DNA of 64,000 nt from Podarcis vaucheri (lineage: Eukaryota). Each line of letters opens with the position of its first letter. Position 1 is the stretch's first letter. Where the stretch lies: the NCBI GenBank assembly GCA_965113315.1, contig OZ220368.1, one strand, 5' to 3'. The notes beneath the pieces were generated by a model. The model saw only the letters and a program-made list of their open reading frames with translations. It was not told the DNA's origin and searched no databases. Positions 1 to 11,053 of the stretch are shown here, piece after piece. The position numbers and the translations under genes are program-made.

Positions 1-3000
1 GGTGCAGGAGACCTCCTGCACGTACTCTCTCTCCCTAGCCATTCTAGGCAAAGCCAACCTTTCTGCTCCCATTTGAAGCTTCTGGTTGGCTACATGCACC
101 ATCAGTTTTGTTTTTCAATCAGTTGGCAGCATAGAGAACCTGTGAAGCAGATCCATATAAACTACTGTTGTTGCATCTTTCACACTTGAGAAGATAAAAC
201 CATGCTATGGTTGTTGCCCATTTAATTTTTTTTAATTGTTCACCTTTCAGCAGCCTCTGTCCAGTATAAAATAGTACACTTGCAGGTTATGAGGGCAAAA
301 ATGTGTGACTGAACAAACAACAATAAAAAGAAGAATTGAATAAATAACTTATTAAGAGCAACCATTGTGAAAAATCTAATGTATAGCTAAATTAAAAGTC
401 AGTAGTTGGAGAAGCTAGGACCAAAGCCACCCCCTGACAACCAGTTTCCTCCCAACTCTCAAGTTACAAATTGAAAAGGAAAGAGAGGGTCATGGAGAAT
501 GGCATGGGGCTTATGAATATAGAAGTGATATGTTGGCAGTATGTATGTTTTATTATGAGTTGTGGCGTAGCAAACTTGTGACAAAGGAGGTGGCATTGGT
601 GAAACTGTTGCCAAAGTGTGAAGAGGCAGGGTTTGAAAAGCGCTGAAGAAGTGTGGCAGACTTTATGAATATGCCCTTCAGATTTATTAATTTTTATCAC
701 AACTCCCATCATCCCTGACCATTTGCTAGGGCTGATGGGAATTGTAGTTTAAAACATCTGGAGGGTACTATGCCGGGGAAGGTAGTTTTAGAGACTTTCC
801 CAGAAACATTGCAATTGATTAACTTTCTGTTTGGCACCCGAACAGCTACTTAAATTTATAAAATGCTTATATTTTCAAGACATATAGTGCTATAGTAGTT
901 TTGTGATCTGAAGCTACAAAGCAAAAAAAACTGCATTCATCTTGAAAGTCCATTTTCTCTCTTAATGCTTTTCTGAACAGCTGCCTCAATCTGGGTACTG
1001 TAACTTGATATATTTTTGCCCTGGTTTATTAGCACAAATTTGTAATGGTTGTTTTGGAAAAAAATGTGCTGAAAATTAATCTGGATCCCTTCACACTACA
1101 GTGGTTAGTTCAGCATTACAAAACCTTGAGCATTAACTTTCATAACGGTCTTCGTAAGCGTGTGATTTGAGGCCTTAAAGTCAGCAAAACCAAATTATAC
1201 TTCAACAGTGCTTTTTTCTTTGATCATTTTCAATATCTGTGCCCCCAGACTGTTCCTATAATACAAATTACTTTGCCAGAATAATGGGGCACGAGCCCAT
1301 TGGTCTGTTTTTGTAGTTTGGTTGCTGTGGTGATCCTCAGCCTTCCATAAAAACTAGTATCTCCAGGGAAACTGAAAGTTTGCAGCTGTCTTTACCTCCT
1401 TGATATTGTATGTGTCTGCAACGCTCTTTCGAAAGAGTCTTAATAACTGCAGAGGCATGCAAAGCATATATTGAAAGATTATTCACTTGATCATGCCCAT
1501 TTTTCATGCGCTGGATGTATTAGCTACAAAATGCTTTCAGTGAACTCTATAACATTCTCTCATAACTAGGCCTTTCTCTTTCTTATTGACTGCTATATCT
1601 ATAGTGGAAAAGAGGAAACGAGTGTTTTCTGAAACTTCCATTTCCATCTTAACCAAAACTACTTGTATCATCCTTTGAATGATGGTGCATGTGGGTTTTG
1701 ATTGTTTTGTAAGCACATATTATTGATGTTTTCCTGATTGGTGCATCTTCAGAATACAGGCGATGGATTGCATGATAGCTGGCCTAAGTCACTGTGCCGC
1801 CTGAGGCAGGGAAGTCTCCGGCTTCTTCCCCAGCCTGCCTTTGTGAATTGCTTTGCCAGTACATTAGCAGTGGCAATGCTGGCAGTCCCAGACTTGAGGC
1901 CATCTTCTCTCTCAGTTTCCTTTCTCAGAAGGAAGCAGTGTCAGAAGAGAGTCCTGAAGAGTGCCTGTGCCGCCATGACTTTGCTACAACAGTGGGTGGC
2001 AGAGATAAGGGAGGAGGAGAGGAAGTGTGTGACCCTGAAAGGAGGCTAGGCTTGTTCACATAGCATTAAACCAAGGCTAGCTAACGTGGTTCCCTCCAAA
2101 TGGACCACAACTCCCATCGTCCCTGACCATTTCTCTTGCTGTCTGGGGCTGGTAGTTAGAGTCTCAAACATCTGGAAGTTACCATATTGGCTACCTCTGC
2201 ACTAACTGGTGGTATAACCTTTCATCCCAAATGTCATTCCCAGTGGAATCGCAGACACTTCCTGTACCTTCAGGTTGCTCAATTTTCCTCTTTTTCATGG
2301 CCACTGTCACCTGGTGTGTGCTTGATTTTTTAAGAGAAGTGAGAAGGAAGTTAGATTATCTTGTTTATACAGCTCTTGAAGGAAATATGTTAGTACGTTG
2401 TGGGGTGGGGGAAGAGAATTTGGAAAAATATGCCCAGTATTCCAAACATTGATAAGTTCAAGCCAGAAAACTATGATTGCCCACTTACAATGAAGGAAGA
2501 GGTTTTAGGATAATGGTTAAACTGAAGTATTATTTACTTCTGAGCAGGTGTCTTTCTAAGTTTCCCCGAACACTGTCACAAGATCCAAAATATCTCATCT
2601 CTTTCCTGGAATTGTTTTCATTAGCAGACCTCATCCCGAGCTTGCTAGACTTCTCCAAGACTCCTTCCCTAAAGGCTGTCTAGCGCACACTCCAGACTTT
2701 GCAACGGAGAATCGCTCCTGCCTTTTCCTCACAAGGGCTCACAAGGCTTGTGCCTCTGTGGGTTGCCCAGGGCCCATTCATCCAAAATCTCCAAACCTGC
2801 CCACAGAAGTGTGTTAACAGCAAATTTAGAAATCATGGGGACCATATGGCAACTGAGCTCCGTGGAGCCAGGAACCCTTGGTGGCTTTTCCCAGCAGAGC
2901 AGAACAGCTAATAATGACATTGTGACTGCACTTACTCTGTGGGCATCAGGGAATGTAGTATTGAATTGTCAGTGGCTTTAGAATTGCTGTGCAGACTGGG

Positions 3001-4258
3001 TTATTTGAAGAGAAAGTGGGCACTCTGCTGAGGGTTCGGTCCTCCCAGTCAGAAGTAGGTTTCCTAGCTTCCCTGCCATTTATGAGGATTAGGCTCAGGA
3101 ATGCAAAACTGTGAACTTGGAAGTTAGGGCTCAAATTCCACCTCAGTTCTGAACTCAGTAGGTGGCCTTAAGCATGCCTCTGCCACAACTCTACCCACAT
3201 CTGTGAGTGGTAAGGGTGTTCACACGTTACGTTTAAAGAGTATACAAGCGGTGTACTCAATAGTTGAGCTGCACAAATCAGTGAGTGTACACTACGCTCT
3301 TTTATGCAAACAGTTGCACCTGTGTTCAGTGTAACGTGTGAAGAAGTCTAGAGTTGATTCCTCTCCCAACCACTCTCCTCACTGCTCTTGCAACTGTTTC
3401 TTCGCCAGTCCTTCTGGGCTCAAACCAACCACAGGGAGAGGGCCAGGCAAGCAGAGGGTGCTTCTCCATCCCCTTGCTTCTGTCACTGCCAGGGCTGCCA
3501 TACATCCAGGTTTTGAGATCCAAGAAAAGCCCCCAAATGTGTGTTTTTTGGGGGGAGATGTCCCCCCCCCAAAGCTCAAAAACTTTGAACAGCAACCCTA
3601 ACCGCTGCTCACTTCTTTGGAGAAGGTGGTTGCAGGCAGCAACAGTAACGAGGAGGAGCGAAGTTAGGGGGCTCTGGGAGTTGGCACTTGGTCCCCTGCC
3701 CAGCAGATGCCCATGGCTGGTCATACCATCAAACAGAGCAAGGTGGGCATCTTAGGCTGCTGATTTTGGGTTTTCTTATAAGGGCAGCAAATTGCTGCTA
3801 ATAATAATAGATAGTTGTTGTTGTGTTGGTTGTTATTAGCAACAGACACTGTTGCTTTACTGCCAGGGAGGTGGAGAGGAACTTGTGGGGTTGTGTGTTT
3901 CAGGTGCCAAAATAACGTGACCAGATTTGAGTCCTGTGTGCCTACTTTGAGTTTGTGTGCATGAAATTTTTTTGCTCTGCCACAGATAGCAAAATTTCTT
4001 GAGATGGCTCCGCAGATGTACAGTACTACTAACCCCTCACCCCAGCCCTGGCAGTACCTAGGACATTACTATTTCAAATTTCACATCAGTCGTGAGCTGA
4101 GCAGGTGGGCCTAAGCACATTCCTTTTCCTCAGTCCCATCTGTAACATAAGAAATCGTCATCGTCGTCATCTTATCAACTTATCTATGTATACAGATTAC
4201 TGAGAAATGCAGGTTTTGGTGTCTTCGGGTGTCTTCCCGTGTAAGAGTCGGGGTGTCT

Positions 4259-4303
4259 GTGCGACGTTTCGACGAGGTCTCACTCGTCATCTTCAGGCTG
4301 GTG
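4259..4303 (-). ncRNA. Mirror copy of the minimal hammerhead motif
   Basis: gacgtttc gacgag gtctca ctcgtc a tcttcag at 4263-4296 is the exact reverse complement of 4988-5021. Confidence 0.7.
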
Positions 4304-4980
4304 CTTTCGGCTTCTTGTTACTGGAACAGAGCAGAGTCTGGTGTTTGAGTTCCTATAAATACTGTTGAGGGGTGTGGTGTATAGCCTCCAACGTTCTGGG
4401 CAGAGAGGAAGTTCCTAGATTAGTGTGCCTTTTCTTCTTTTGTTCCTTAATTACTTGAGGGATATCTTGGGTGATTTCATGAGTGATATTCTGAATACCA
4501 CTGGGTGGGTCATTAAGTGTAGATTAGTTGCTAAAGCTTTCGTGTCTTGACCTCTTGAGCTTGTGAAGAGTTTTTCTGAGAAGATGGCTGTGCTGCATTT
4601 AGTTGTGCTCTGGCTTGGCTTCGTGTATAGGGGCGAGCTGTGGTTTTGTGCGAATATACACGAAGCCAAGCCAGAGCACAACTAAATGCAGCACAGCCAT
4701 CTTCTCAGAAAAACTCTTCACAAGCTCAAGAGGTCAAGACACGAAAGCTTTAGCAACTAATCTACACTTAATGACCCACCCAGTGGTATTCAGAATATCA
4801 CTCATGAAATCACCCAAGATATCCCTCAAGTAATTAAGGAACAAAAGAAGAAAAGGCACACTAATCTAGGAACTTCCTCTCTGCCCAGAACGTTGGAGGC
4901 TATACACCACACCCCTCAACAGTATTTATAGGAACTCAAACACCAGACTCTGCTCTGTTCCAGTAACAAGAAGCCGAAAG

Positions 4981-5025
4981 CACCAGCCTGAAGATGACGA
5001 GTGAGACCTCGTCGAAACGTCGCAC
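4981..5025 (+). ncRNA. Minimal type I hammerhead ribozyme motif (Penelope-type), sense to TGFBR3
   Basis: CTGAAGA (4988-4994) T GACGAG-tgagac-CTCGTC (stem II, 4996-5013) GAAA (5014-5017) CG TC; palindromic ACGT in place of stem III; predicted cut after GUC at 5021; stem I only ~2 bp. Confidence 0.7.
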
Positions 5026-5246
5026 AGACACCCCGACTCTTACACGGGAAGACACCCGAAGACACCAAAACCTGCATTCCTGTACCTGTGAAAATCTACG
5101 AAAGCAAATTACTGAGAAAATGTACACAAAGCACTTGAAATCTTAAAGAAGCACTATATAAATCCTAAATATTAATTATTTTTGGAATATTTATCAAATA
5201 ATGGCCACATTTTAATTGGTTGGTGTGTATTTGTGTTTTTTTACAG

Positions 5247-5384
5247 GTCACCTTACATTTGAATCCAATTTCTTCAATTCATATTCACCAGAGGCCATTG
5301 GCATTCATACTGAACTCTCCTGTTCCCTTGGTATGGAAGGTGAAAACAGAAAGACTTGCCCCAGAGATTTCGAGGTTTTTCACT
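5247..5384 (+). CDS. TGFBR3: TGFBR3/betaglycan coding exon (human exon 4 equivalent), orphan domain
   Basis: ttttttacag|GTC acceptor, ACT|gtaagt donor; 138 nt, phase 0/0; VTLHLNPISSIHIHQRPLAFILNSPVPLVWKVKTERLAPEISRFFT matches recalled vertebrate betaglycan VTLHLNPISSVHIH...KTERLA. Confidence 0.96.
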
Positions 5385-7594
5385 GTAAGTATTGGGAGCT
5401 TCATGAAGCTTTGTAGCCAGTTCATAATGGACCCTACTCAGTTAGCTGGTACTCCTTTCGAAGAAGGGGAAGGGAAAGTCATGCTGATAGAAAGAAATGT
5501 TAACTAGTTATCAGGTTTCAGAGCAAAGGCTCTTGGTGGCTTGTGGAAGCAATTTGAGTTCTCTCCAGTTATTTATTTGAACTTTTGTTTAAAATGAGGT
5601 TTATGGCATTGCCCTTAATGTGTGATCATCGACTCTAGTGGGCTTCCTATTCTGAGAGGCTGTGTGGCCTTGTGACAGATCATAAGCCCTGGAAGGCATG
5701 ATAGGAGCATTGCCAAAGGCAAGAGCAAGGAAGAAAATGTTAACTAACAAACAACTTGCTTTCTGTGTGGTCTGCAACCAAATCTCTAATCACTTTGAGA
5801 CGAGCCTCTTGGTGCACAGTGGAAAGTCTGTAATAATTATTTGAGGTTTTGTTAAAGGTACAAAAAACTAGGCCCAGGATGAAGTCATGTATGTGCTTCT
5901 CAAATACTGGCATGTTGCTCCTGGAGAAAGATCCAGCTATTACCTACTGTTTTGTAAATCACTCCTTCACAGTTTGCCAGGACATTCAAATTTGCTGTTT
6001 GTAAAGCTGAGCAGACTGGTTGTTTGGATTGCATTTTTAGGCTATGATATCATGTCTCATGGTGTGTCCTTAAAGCTTCACTATTTAACATCCTAATTTC
6101 GGAAACAAACATTACTGTTGCTGGTTGTAGAACAATTGCATGGGGTCCAGTCCTGCTTTATAAAGCACAGCCCACAACATTAAATAGGGCAAGTGATGTT
6201 CATCCTGAATTGGAATGAGAGAGTGAGTTTTCTCAAATTGCATCTGGAACCCAGTGGACAATCCAGAATGTAGTAATGAGAACAAATGTTATTAACACAT
6301 GTACTAAACTCATTGGAATGCAGTTTATAGTGTAGTATTACACTATTCCTGCTATGAGCATGTGGGACAGAAAACTCTGGTTCGGGGCAGCTAATCTGGA
6401 AGAAGAGTTGTGAAGTGGATATTGTCTTGTGAGCTGAGCCTGAGACCCAGTCCAAATATTGGAGGGGCAGGGGGAATCACATTGCTCAGTCCTCTTGGTG
6501 CTATGCTACAGGATTCAAAGATCACTTTAGTGCCCTGTGTATCTTGACCCTGAGATGGCCGTTTGATCCAGAAGTGAACTATTCTGTAAGTTTTTGTTTC
6601 TCGCATCTTTCCCTTTTCCCAATATTAAGTTTAGTTTACTACACACTTCTGTGTCAGTTTGCAAAATAATATGTGTGGCCAGTTCTTAAACACATTGAAA
6701 ATTTCTCCTTACTAGCCAGAGTGTTCAGAAATGTCTACCCTCAGGCTGGATTGTGCTGCCCTCACAGTTCCTCCAATGTCTAGGATGCAGAATTATTCAA
6801 GCTTACTCTGACCCTTGTACTGAATAATTTCTTGATTGATTGCCAGACTTTCCATGCCACTACATCCTGGAAAACATAGTATTTTGAATCCTTGCACGTT
6901 CCCGGTTTGTTTTTTTTAATTTTGAAAAAAAAGTCCATTGTTTATAAAGAGAAATATGTGTGTCTTACATGATGTACTAATGTCAGAATTATTGTGTCTG
7001 TCTCTATGGAAGAATTTAGCTGGATGATTCATAGACTTTCTGGCTTCTCTTGCTAATGTAAAAGGACATTGCTTTTTCATTCAAAAATGTGAAGAGGTTA
7101 TTTTCCATCAAAAACTCAATATTTTGAGTTGAAGCTTCTCCTAATAAAAAGATGATGAACTAAAAGGACCTATACTTTAAGGATTGAAAGAAAGGCATTC
7201 TGGAGCAACTAGCAGCCAAATTAAAAACTTTCAGTTAAGTTGCCACATAACAGTATGAGAGCTGTCTTAGTGGAAAGCCAGTCTCAGAGGCCATCTGGGT
7301 ACCTCTCAGGAACCTCTCAGCTAGCTTCTCCCGTATTTTGTCTCTAGCATCAAATAATCAGAGAAATCAGCTTTGAACATGGAAATTCCATTTTTGGTTA
7401 TTAATAGCAATTAAATGATACCGTGTTCAAAGCCCTTCACATGCATATGTAAAGTAGGCCAGTTTCTTTGTGGCCTGGTTTTCAATGAGATGGTCAAACC
7501 TGTTTCTGGATGAAATTGTTGCAAACTGCAGGTGGGGGTTCACATAACCATGTGATCATCTACATTAAAAAAACAAAAACCCTTCCACATAGAT

Positions 7595-7801
7595 TAGGGC
7601 TGTCATACATCCAGAATCTCTTGCACATAACCAGGATTCGCCTGTTGGAAATGGCGTCTGGGGAAACCCGGGCATATGGCAACCCGGAAGTGTTGGGTTT
7701 TTGGGGCGAATATCCTAAAAGAATAGCTCACAAACTTCAATTTATTTTTGGAGATGGGGGGGGGGGAGCTCAACAGTTTTTGTATCCAGATGGCAACCGT
7801 G
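7595..7801. mobile_element. hAT-type MITE (TAGGG[C/T]TGCCA...TGGCAACCCTA family)
   Basis: Imperfect TIRs tagggctgtcat / atggcaaccgtg; 8-bp TSD acatagat / acagagat (1 mismatch); relatives at ~3490-3600, 23880-24014 and 45398-45613. Confidence 0.6.
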
Positions 7802-7907
7802 ACAGAGATGACAAGAAAAATGGCTCTAGCTAGCCTTTCCCCTCCCACAATTGTTTTCTGAGTGCAGGAATTTAGGGAGCCTTGTTTGGTCCTGCTCAAA
7901 GAGAATA

Positions 7908-8133
7908 CAGTGGTACCTCAGGTTACATACGCTTCAGGTTACAGACTCCGCTAACCCAGAAATAGTACCTCGGGTTAAGAACTTTGCTTCAGGGTGAGAA
8001 CAGAAATCGTGCTCTGGCGGCGCAGCGGCAGCAGGAGGCTCCATTAGCTAAAGTGGTGCTTCAGGTTAAGAACAGTTTCAGGTTAAGAACGGACCTCCGG
8101 AACGAATTAAGTACTTAACCCGAGGTACCACTG
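7908..8133. mobile_element. Tc1/mariner-pogo (Tigger-like) MITE, copy 1
   Basis: TA|CAGTGGTACCTCAGGTTA ... TAACCCGAGGTACCACTG|TA; internal repeated CAGGTTAAGAAC motif. Confidence 0.85.
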
Positions 8134-8612
8134 TATAAGGCTATGTTCTGTCTCCACTGCTGGAGGCAGCATGCCTCTGAATGCATGTTGCTGGGAATCT
8201 CCAGCGGGGAGATTGCTCTTTGCTCAGGTCCACCTTGTGGGCTTCCCATGAGCATCTGGTTGGCCACTGGGCGGACAGAGTCCTGTACTAGATGTGGACC
8301 TTTGGTCTAGCGGGGATCTTCTTGTGTTCTCAAAACATTCAATGGCATGATATCCCTTCTGTGACATGCTTCAGGTATACCACCTTCTGTGAGAACTAAG
8401 TATATTTTTGTATGTTACGGAAAAGATATTTTAAAGCAATAAAGAGGGGGTGAGGGGGTGAGGAAATGGGCTGATAGGAAAGGGTTAAGAAACCCCCTCC
8501 TCACTCCACTCTTTGGCCAGAGTCTCCCTTCACATTATAACTTCAGCTGCTGCATTTTTTCAAAGCAAAAAAGAAGAAAAGAGTTCTGAGGGGGGAAAGA
8601 ATCACAGAACTT

Positions 8613-8837
8613 CAGTGGTACTTTGGGTTACATACGCTTCAGGTTACAGGCTCCGCTAACCCAGAAATATTATCTCAGGTTAAGAACTTTTCTTCAGGAT
8701 GAGAACAGAAATCGTGCTCTGGTGGCGCGGCGGTAGCAAGAGGCCCATTAGCTAAAGTGGTGCTTCAGGTTAAGAACAGTTTCAGGTTAAGAACGGGCCT
8801 CCGGAACGAATTAAGTACTTAACCCGAAGTACCACTG
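8613..8837. mobile_element. Tc1/mariner-pogo MITE, copy 2 of the same family, same orientation
   Basis: CAGTGGTACTTTGGGTTA ... TAACCCGAAGTACCACTG|TA; collinear with 7908-8133 with scattered substitutions. Confidence 0.85.
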
Positions 8838-10791
8838 TATGTGTAATTCCTCCGTTAGCGATATTGCAAATTGTATCTTTGATTTTTCAGCGACATTAGT
8901 TCTTATACATATTTTATTTGTATTTTTATCACCCATGCTCGTAAAATCCTTCTCGGGCGCTTATTATCCCTTTTGTGCATCCTCTGTGAATAGACAATGT
9001 TGAAGAGGACTGACTAGAACTACAGCCTGTCGTCAACTGTACTTTTGAATGTGATTCACGAGGGAACAAATTCATAATGATTTTGGAGGATTTTTAAAAC
9101 CTGTTTTGCATTGAAAAAAACTGGTATGTGCTTTAGGTTCGTTCCTTCCCCTCCACAGCCCCTCACATCTTGTTAGGAAGTGAGTTATGTTCTCCTCTAC
9201 TAGGGGGATTAATTTAATAGCAGGAGTAAATCACTGTGAAGGGTAGATTGTTTGAGGTCTTTGGTGACTTGTTCATTCAAGCAGTGCTGGAAATGAAACA
9301 CACACACACATACATACTATCCAAATTGGGGCGCATAGGATTTCAGCTTTAGCCTTATAGAAACCTAGGAGGACTTATTTCTGGGTAGAAATGCATAGGA
9401 TTGTACTAGTTCATATGACAGAACACTGTTCCATGACAAAACACTTTGTTCCATGTTGCCTGTTCACCTACTCCATTCCTGTAGAAATTACCACTTGGAA
9501 CTGGGAAATATCATTCATATTTGAGCATGGAATCACCTGATCCCTGTAAATGAGATCTTGCTTAAAAGTAGGGTTTGGATCACAGGGTTTATATGCCTCC
9601 ATGGAACATCTTTCAGAGCCTTCTGGAATTTTGCCAGTTTCTGCCTTATTTCTTCCTTGAAATTCCTTTCTTGGACTTGACTGCTGCAAATAAAACGTTT
9701 TAAGTGCGTTGTAAAGTGCAATATACAAATGTGACACTAGATGGCAACAATCAGCTATAGCAAATTCAATGTATTTTTCAAAACATTCTTTAGAAAAGCA
9801 TTCTCACAGCATTGTTTTAATATGTGTGTAGATTCCACCTTACTTTCCAAATCTTACTTGGAGCAGAGGTGGATGTAAGTGTGTAAGTCTAATCTGAATA
9901 GACCTACTGTAAAACAACACTGGGGATGCATGGCCAAACTGAATAAGCCTCTGCTGTTCCCATGTACCACTTTAACCACGTAACATGACCCTTTGCCAGA
10001 TTAAGGATCTATAATATACTGCATTCACATACCCATAGGAGGCCAGTGTTCTGGCTTCTCATCCAGCTGTGGCAGATTTCTTCACTGTTTAGCATTTCAG
10101 TTAAAAGAAAAGTCTTTGCACAAGGAGCAAAACAATTAAACATTTGATGCAAAGTGGTTTCATTAGCACTGCCCTTAAACCCTAGAGATACTTGAAGGCA
10201 ATAGGGGAGAAAGCCATTCCTTTCCCCCTTCGCAGGTTTTAAATATCTCCAACCTGCTGTTCCGTCCTGGAGGGTAAGGGAAATCCCAGCCGCACTATTG
10301 CTAATTCCTCTCCCTCCTTTCCCCCCACTTCAAGCAAGTTTCCGCATGAAGGTATTGGCAGGAAGCCATGCTTTTTTATTTTTTATTCTAGTGTCGAAGA
10401 GGTGGCCTTTGCAGGTGTTACTCAGCTGGTGGAAACTTTTGCTTCAGGAGGTAGCCCTTTGACTTTCATGGCTCGAGATCTTTGCTGCTGGAATGTGGCT
10501 GTTTGTTATGGAAACTACAATGAATCTTCCTTAGATACTTCATACAGTCCGTGGCCACAGAGACATTAGTGGGTTTAAACATTCAGCAGAGGGCATGTGC
10601 AATTGGTTTACTATTTTGAACATTCTTGACACAAAGCCAGCGATATTTATTCAAAGGCCTTTATAGCACACCCTTCCCTCTATGGGACCAGGGCAGGTTA
10701 CATGCAACTCAACACAATTAAGCCACGTAACTTCCTCCATCCCCAAAGGTTGTGCAAAAAAGTGCACCTTGACTTGACTTCAAAATGTATA

Positions 10792-11053
10792 CAGTGGACG
10801 CTCGGGTTGCAAATGTGATCCGTGCGGGAGGCACGTTTGCAACCCGCAGGGTTTGCAACCCGCAGCGCTGCGTCTTCTCATGCTCAGGTCACGATTCAGT
10901 GCTTCTGTGCGTGCGCAAAGCGTGATTTAGCGCTTTTGTGCATGTGCGAGCACCGAAACCCATAAATAACCCATTCCTATACTTCCGGGTTCGGCGCAGT
11001 GCGCAACCCGAAAAACACACAACCTGAAGCGTCTGTAACCCAAGGTATGACTG
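10792..11053. mobile_element. Tc1/mariner-pogo MITE, related family
   Basis: TA|CAGTGGACGCTCGGGTTGC ... GTAACCCAAGGTATGACTG|TA; CpG-rich; repeated GCAACCCG. Confidence 0.75.

Larger units (their letters stand above)
4206..5107. mobile_element. Penelope-like retroelement remnant: inverted pseudo-LTR pair with one-sided tail
   Basis: Arms 4206-4629 and 4655-5078 are reverse complements; 25-bp spacer; unpaired tail 5079-5107; ATTACTGAGAAA repeated at 4196-4207 and 5108-5119; hammerhead motif in each arm. Confidence 0.8.

Noticed and set aside
1-4195. Search for upstream TGFBR3 exons (signal peptide, CELSPV...SGCASRG)
   Set aside because: No matching peptide seen; these exons presumably lie upstream of the window
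4451-4833. Twin 76-aa ORFs on opposite strands with nearly identical translation
   Set aside because: A direct consequence of the palindrome; non-ATG starts and no recognisable domain
4206-5078. Palindrome as a sequencing fold-back artefact
   Set aside because: Disfavoured, though not excluded without reads: there is a TSD on both sides, an asymmetric tail, a non-palindromic spacer, and unique sequence continues normally on both flanks
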